Source: an uncultured Planctomycetia bacterium
GTDB taxonomy: Bacteria; Omnitrophota; Gorgyraeia; B26-G9
NCBI GenBank assembly: GCA_964437495.1
Contig: CAYTGV010000009.1
Location: forward strand, 6,983-70,982
Direction of reading: 5' to 3'
DNA length: 64,000 bases
Numbering within the stretch: position 1 is the first letter of the stretch; each line of letters starts with the position of its first letter. Of this stretch, positions 61,430-64,000 are shown piece after piece. Under the pieces are notes generated by a model. That model did no database searches and was not told the DNA's origin. It saw nothing but the letters and a program-made list of their open reading frames with translations. The position numbers and the translations under genes were made by a program.

Positions 61430-62359
61430 ATGACAAAACCTAAGATATTAATAGTTGATGATGAACCTGATATAAGAGATGTCTTAAAGATCACTTTAGA
61501 ATGCGAAGGGTTTGAGGTTCATGAGGCAAAAGACGGAGTAGAAGGACTTGAAAAGGTGCATAAAACCTCGCCGGATCTTGTTATCCTTGATTATAAAATG
61601 CCGAAAATGGATGGGCACGAAGTTTGTCAAATACTAAAAAAGGATATTCTATTGCGCCATATGCCGATCATTATGCTTACTGGCAAAGGAGAGACACAGG
61701 ATAAGATAAAAGGTATAAATGCAGGAGCAGATGATTATCTTGTAAAGCCATTTGATCCTCAAGAGCTTGTAGCACGTATAAAAATGATTGTCAGACGCAG
61801 CACACGTGATCTTGATGCCAATCCACTCAGCCGCTTACCAGGCAATGTAACGATAATGACGGAACTTGACGCGGCAATCAAAGGCACTTCGCCATTTGCC
61901 ATTTGCTATGTAGATCTGGATAAGTTTAAGGCCTTTAACGATACCTATGGATTCGAACACGGTGATGAGGTTATTCGTGAGACAGCACGTATTATTTTAA
62001 ATGGTGTCCATGAGCTTGGCAATAGAGAGGATTTTGTCGGACATATCGGTGGAGATGATTTTGTTTTTCTTACAACTACCAATCTGTCTGAGACAATCTG
62101 TAATAAGATAATCAATGACTTTGACAAGATTGCTCCTTCTTTTTACAATCAGGTTGACCGGGAACGAGGTTATACTGTGGCTAAAGACAGGCAGGGTAAT
62201 GAGCAGCATATTAAACTGCTGTCAGTTTCTATAGGTATTGTAACCAACGAATTCCGTCAAATAAATCATGTTGTGGAAATCGGTGAGATCGGGGCTGAAT
62301 TGAAAAAACTCGCCAAAGCAACTGAGGGCAGCAACTTTGTCAAAGACAGCAGAAAGTAA
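61430..62359 (+). CDS. Response regulator diguanylate cyclase (REC-GGDEF, GGDDF signature)
   Basis: REC: IVDDE, LDYKMP, KPF; GGDEF: DLDKFKAFNDTYG..GD, GHIGGDDF, SVSIG. Confidence 0.9.
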   Translation: MTKPKILIVDDEPDIRDVLKITLECEGFEVHEAKDGVEGLEKVHKTSPDLVILDYKMPKMDGHEVCQILKKDILLRHMPIIMLTGKGETQDKIKGINAGADDYLVKPFDPQELVARIKMIVRRSTRDLDANPLSRLPGNVTIMTELDAAIKGTSPFAICYVDLDKFKAFNDTYGFEHGDEVIRETARIILNGVHELGNREDFVGHIGGDDFVFLTTTNLSETICNKIINDFDKIAPSFYNQVDRERGYTVAKDRQGNEQHIKLLSVSIGIVTNEFRQINHVVEIGEIGAELKKLAKATEGSNFVKDSRK

Positions 62360-62380
62360 GAATAGTATCAAAACTATATT

Positions 62381-63421
62381 TCAAGCAAAAGCATGCTTTT
62401 CAAAGGCATATTTCCTGGCAGTGCGCTGATCGATCTTATTACTTTTCATTAAAAAATTCAGCGATTGGTCCATTGTCTGCATTCCCTCTTTACCGCAGGA
62501 TTCAATTATATTCTTTATCTGAAATGTTTTACTTTCCCGAATAAGATTCCTAATAGCCGTATTGTTAACCATGACCTCTGTAGCAAGATGATTGCTCGAA
62601 CCATCACGCGAAGGAATAAGGGTTTGAGAAACCACTACTGCAACTGCCTCGGCAAATTGCACTCTTATCTGTGCCTGTTGTTCTGCTGGGAAAACATCAA
62701 TAATACGGCTTACAGATTGAGAAGCATTACGGGTATGTAAAGTAGCAAATACAAGGTGTCCGGTCTCAGCCGCAGTTACAGCATTAGAAATAGTATCCAG
62801 ATCTCTCATTTCACCTACGAGAATGATATCCGGGTCTTCTCTTAAAGCGGCACGCAGACCGCTAGAAAAACTTTTGGTCTCTGAACCTACTTCACGCTGA
62901 TTGATTATACAGCGTTTATGCTCATGCAAATATTCAATTGGATCTTCAAGCGTAATAATATGAGCGCTTCTTTCCAAATTTATTTTATTAATGATCGAAG
63001 CCAGGGTGGTGGATTTTCCGCTTCCAGTCGGACCGGTAACTAATACAAGACCTCTTTGCAAGTTACAGACATTTTTTACTGCCGCAGGAAGCCCCAGGGA
63101 ATCAAGCGGTTTTATTCTTTGCGGCACCAATCTAAAGGCAGCGCATATTCCTTTTCTGTCTTTATAAATATTAATCCTAAACCTTGCAAAATTTCCTATA
63201 TTAATCCCCATATCTATTTCTTTGCCCTTATCTATAGAACTCAATCTTTCTTCCGGCATAATATCCAAAAGAATTTTTCTAATATCAGCATCTTGTAAAG
63301 CAATGTCCGTCAGCGGCTGCATCTCTGTAGGTCGTCTTATCATCGGAGGTAATCCAACACAAAGATGCATATCTGAAATATCTCTGGTAACAATCTCTTG
63401 AAAAAGCTTTTCTGAATCCAT
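62381..63421 (-). CDS. pilT: Type IV pilus retraction ATPase PilT
   Basis: SDMHL..G.PP, RFRIN, GPTGSGKSTT, EDPIEY, LREDPD, TLHT, AIRNLIRE. Confidence 0.95.
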   Translation of the reverse strand: MDSEKLFQEIVTRDISDMHLCVGLPPMIRRPTEMQPLTDIALQDADIRKILLDIMPEERLSSIDKGKEIDMGINIGNFARFRINIYKDRKGICAAFRLVPQRIKPLDSLGLPAAVKNVCNLQRGLVLVTGPTGSGKSTTLASIINKINLERSAHIITLEDPIEYLHEHKRCIINQREVGSETKSFSSGLRAALREDPDIILVGEMRDLDTISNAVTAAETGHLVFATLHTRNASQSVSRIIDVFPAEQQAQIRVQFAEAVAVVVSQTLIPSRDGSSNHLATEVMVNNTAIRNLIRESKTFQIKNIIESCGKEGMQTMDQSLNFLMKSNKIDQRTARKYAFEKHAFA

Positions 63422-63463
63422 TATACTTCCCCCAGTTAATAGTTTATAATTACTATGCTAAAT

Positions 63464-63535
63464 ATTTTATATTAAATGAGTTATGAAGTCAAATATTTTC
63501 ATTTTATTGACTTTTAAAGTCTTAGAATCTATACT
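63464..63535. promoter_or_regulatory. Back-to-back divergent sigma70 promoters (pilT and TPR gene)
   Basis: Minus: TTGACT(63492-87)-17-TAAAAT(63469-64); plus: TTGACT(63507)-17-TATACT(63530). Confidence 0.65.
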
Positions 63536-63562
63536 ATTAGCTCATCTTAAAAAGAGGGGAAT

Positions 63563-64000
63563 TTGAAGAAAATTAAAACAATATCTCTAGTGATAGCTTT
63601 TTTATGTTTGTATTGCAACGCCTTATCCTATGCTATGGATTGGAAATCGCTGCATGAAAAAGCCAATAATATATCTATAGAACAGGCCGCAGCACAGCCA
63701 AATGTCCAGAAAAATAAAGAAGGCCTTTATATACTGGCTATTGCATATTTCAACAATCATATGGATAAGAAGGCATTGGATTGCTTTGAGCGCATACTTG
63801 AACTTGATCCTGATTCTATTAGTGCAAAATGGGGAATTGCCGAGTTTCAAAGAAGAATTTATAAATATGATATTGCTGAGGAGTCACTTAAAAAGATCAT
63901 AAACGACAGGCCTGATTTTTGCCCAGCCTACATCAGCCTGGCTTATATTAAATACATACAAACTGACTTTGAAGAAGTGGTCAAGCTAATGGCTACTGTT
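63563..64000 (+). CDS. Exported tetratricopeptide-repeat protein (3'-truncated by window edge)
   Basis: Not in ORF track; TTG after GAGGGG, open to window end: MKKIKTISLVIAFLCLYCNALSYA-MDW...LYILAIAYF...ALDCFERILELDP...PDFCPAYISLAYI. Confidence 0.85.
   Translation, partial: MKKIKTISLVIAFLCLYCNALSYAMDWKSLHEKANNISIEQAAAQPNVQKNKEGLYILAIAYFNNHMDKKALDCFERILELDPDSISAKWGIAEFQRRIYKYDIAEESLKKIINDRPDFCPAYISLAYIKYIQTDFEEVVKLMATV

Noticed and set aside
61430-62359. Hypr-type GGDEF making c-AMP-GMP, paired with a GEMM-Ib riboswitch
   Set aside because: The specificity residue is canonical Asp (HGD), not Ser, and the riboswitch has G at position 20
215-63298. Numerous short antisense/alternative-frame ORFs in the track (e.g. 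15177..15710-, 33916..34332-, 29887..30258+, 14300..14665-)
   Set aside because: They lie opposite or within well-supported genes and show no recognisable motifs
63623-63902. ORF-track calls 63702..63902(+) and 63623..63850(-)
   Set aside because: Shadow frames of the TPR gene starting at 63563

Overview
AT-rich (roughly 35-40% GC by eye) chromosomal window from a diderm (LPS-making) bacterium. The gene mix and the giant acidic secreted repeat protein resemble Candidatus Omnitrophota/PVC genomes; this is inference and was not tested. Most of the window is housekeeping: der-plsY-gpsA, tRNA-Pro, hom-thrC-apgM, kdsADC-lptB-hpf-PTS, metK-ahcY-fba, lptFG, rpsU, recA-htrA-recX-alaS, and his and trp genes. 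The main signal is a cyclic-di-GMP-centred surface/secretion circuit. (i) A structurally unusual c-di-GMP-I riboswitch (two-hairpin insertion in J1/2, extended P3 carrying a decoy copy of its own 3' strand, terminator/antiterminator) and a strongly SD-led uORF precede a 2294-aa protein. That protein has a Sec signal and about 30 RHS/YD-like units arranged in 4-unit super-repeats, with dockerin/EF-hand and TPR-like inserts and no toxin tip. (ii) A T2SS/T4P gspE(MshEN)-F-G-H-I cluster is followed by a FIST - histidine kinase - REC-GGDEF operon and a convergent pilT. (iii) A stand-alone PilZ protein is coupled to the threonine operon. Small non-coding oddities are a 3x34-nt tandem repeat, phased heptamer arrays, a MITE-like element upstream of trpE, and duplicated extended prepilin leaders. 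No CRISPR, transposase, integrase or rRNA was seen.
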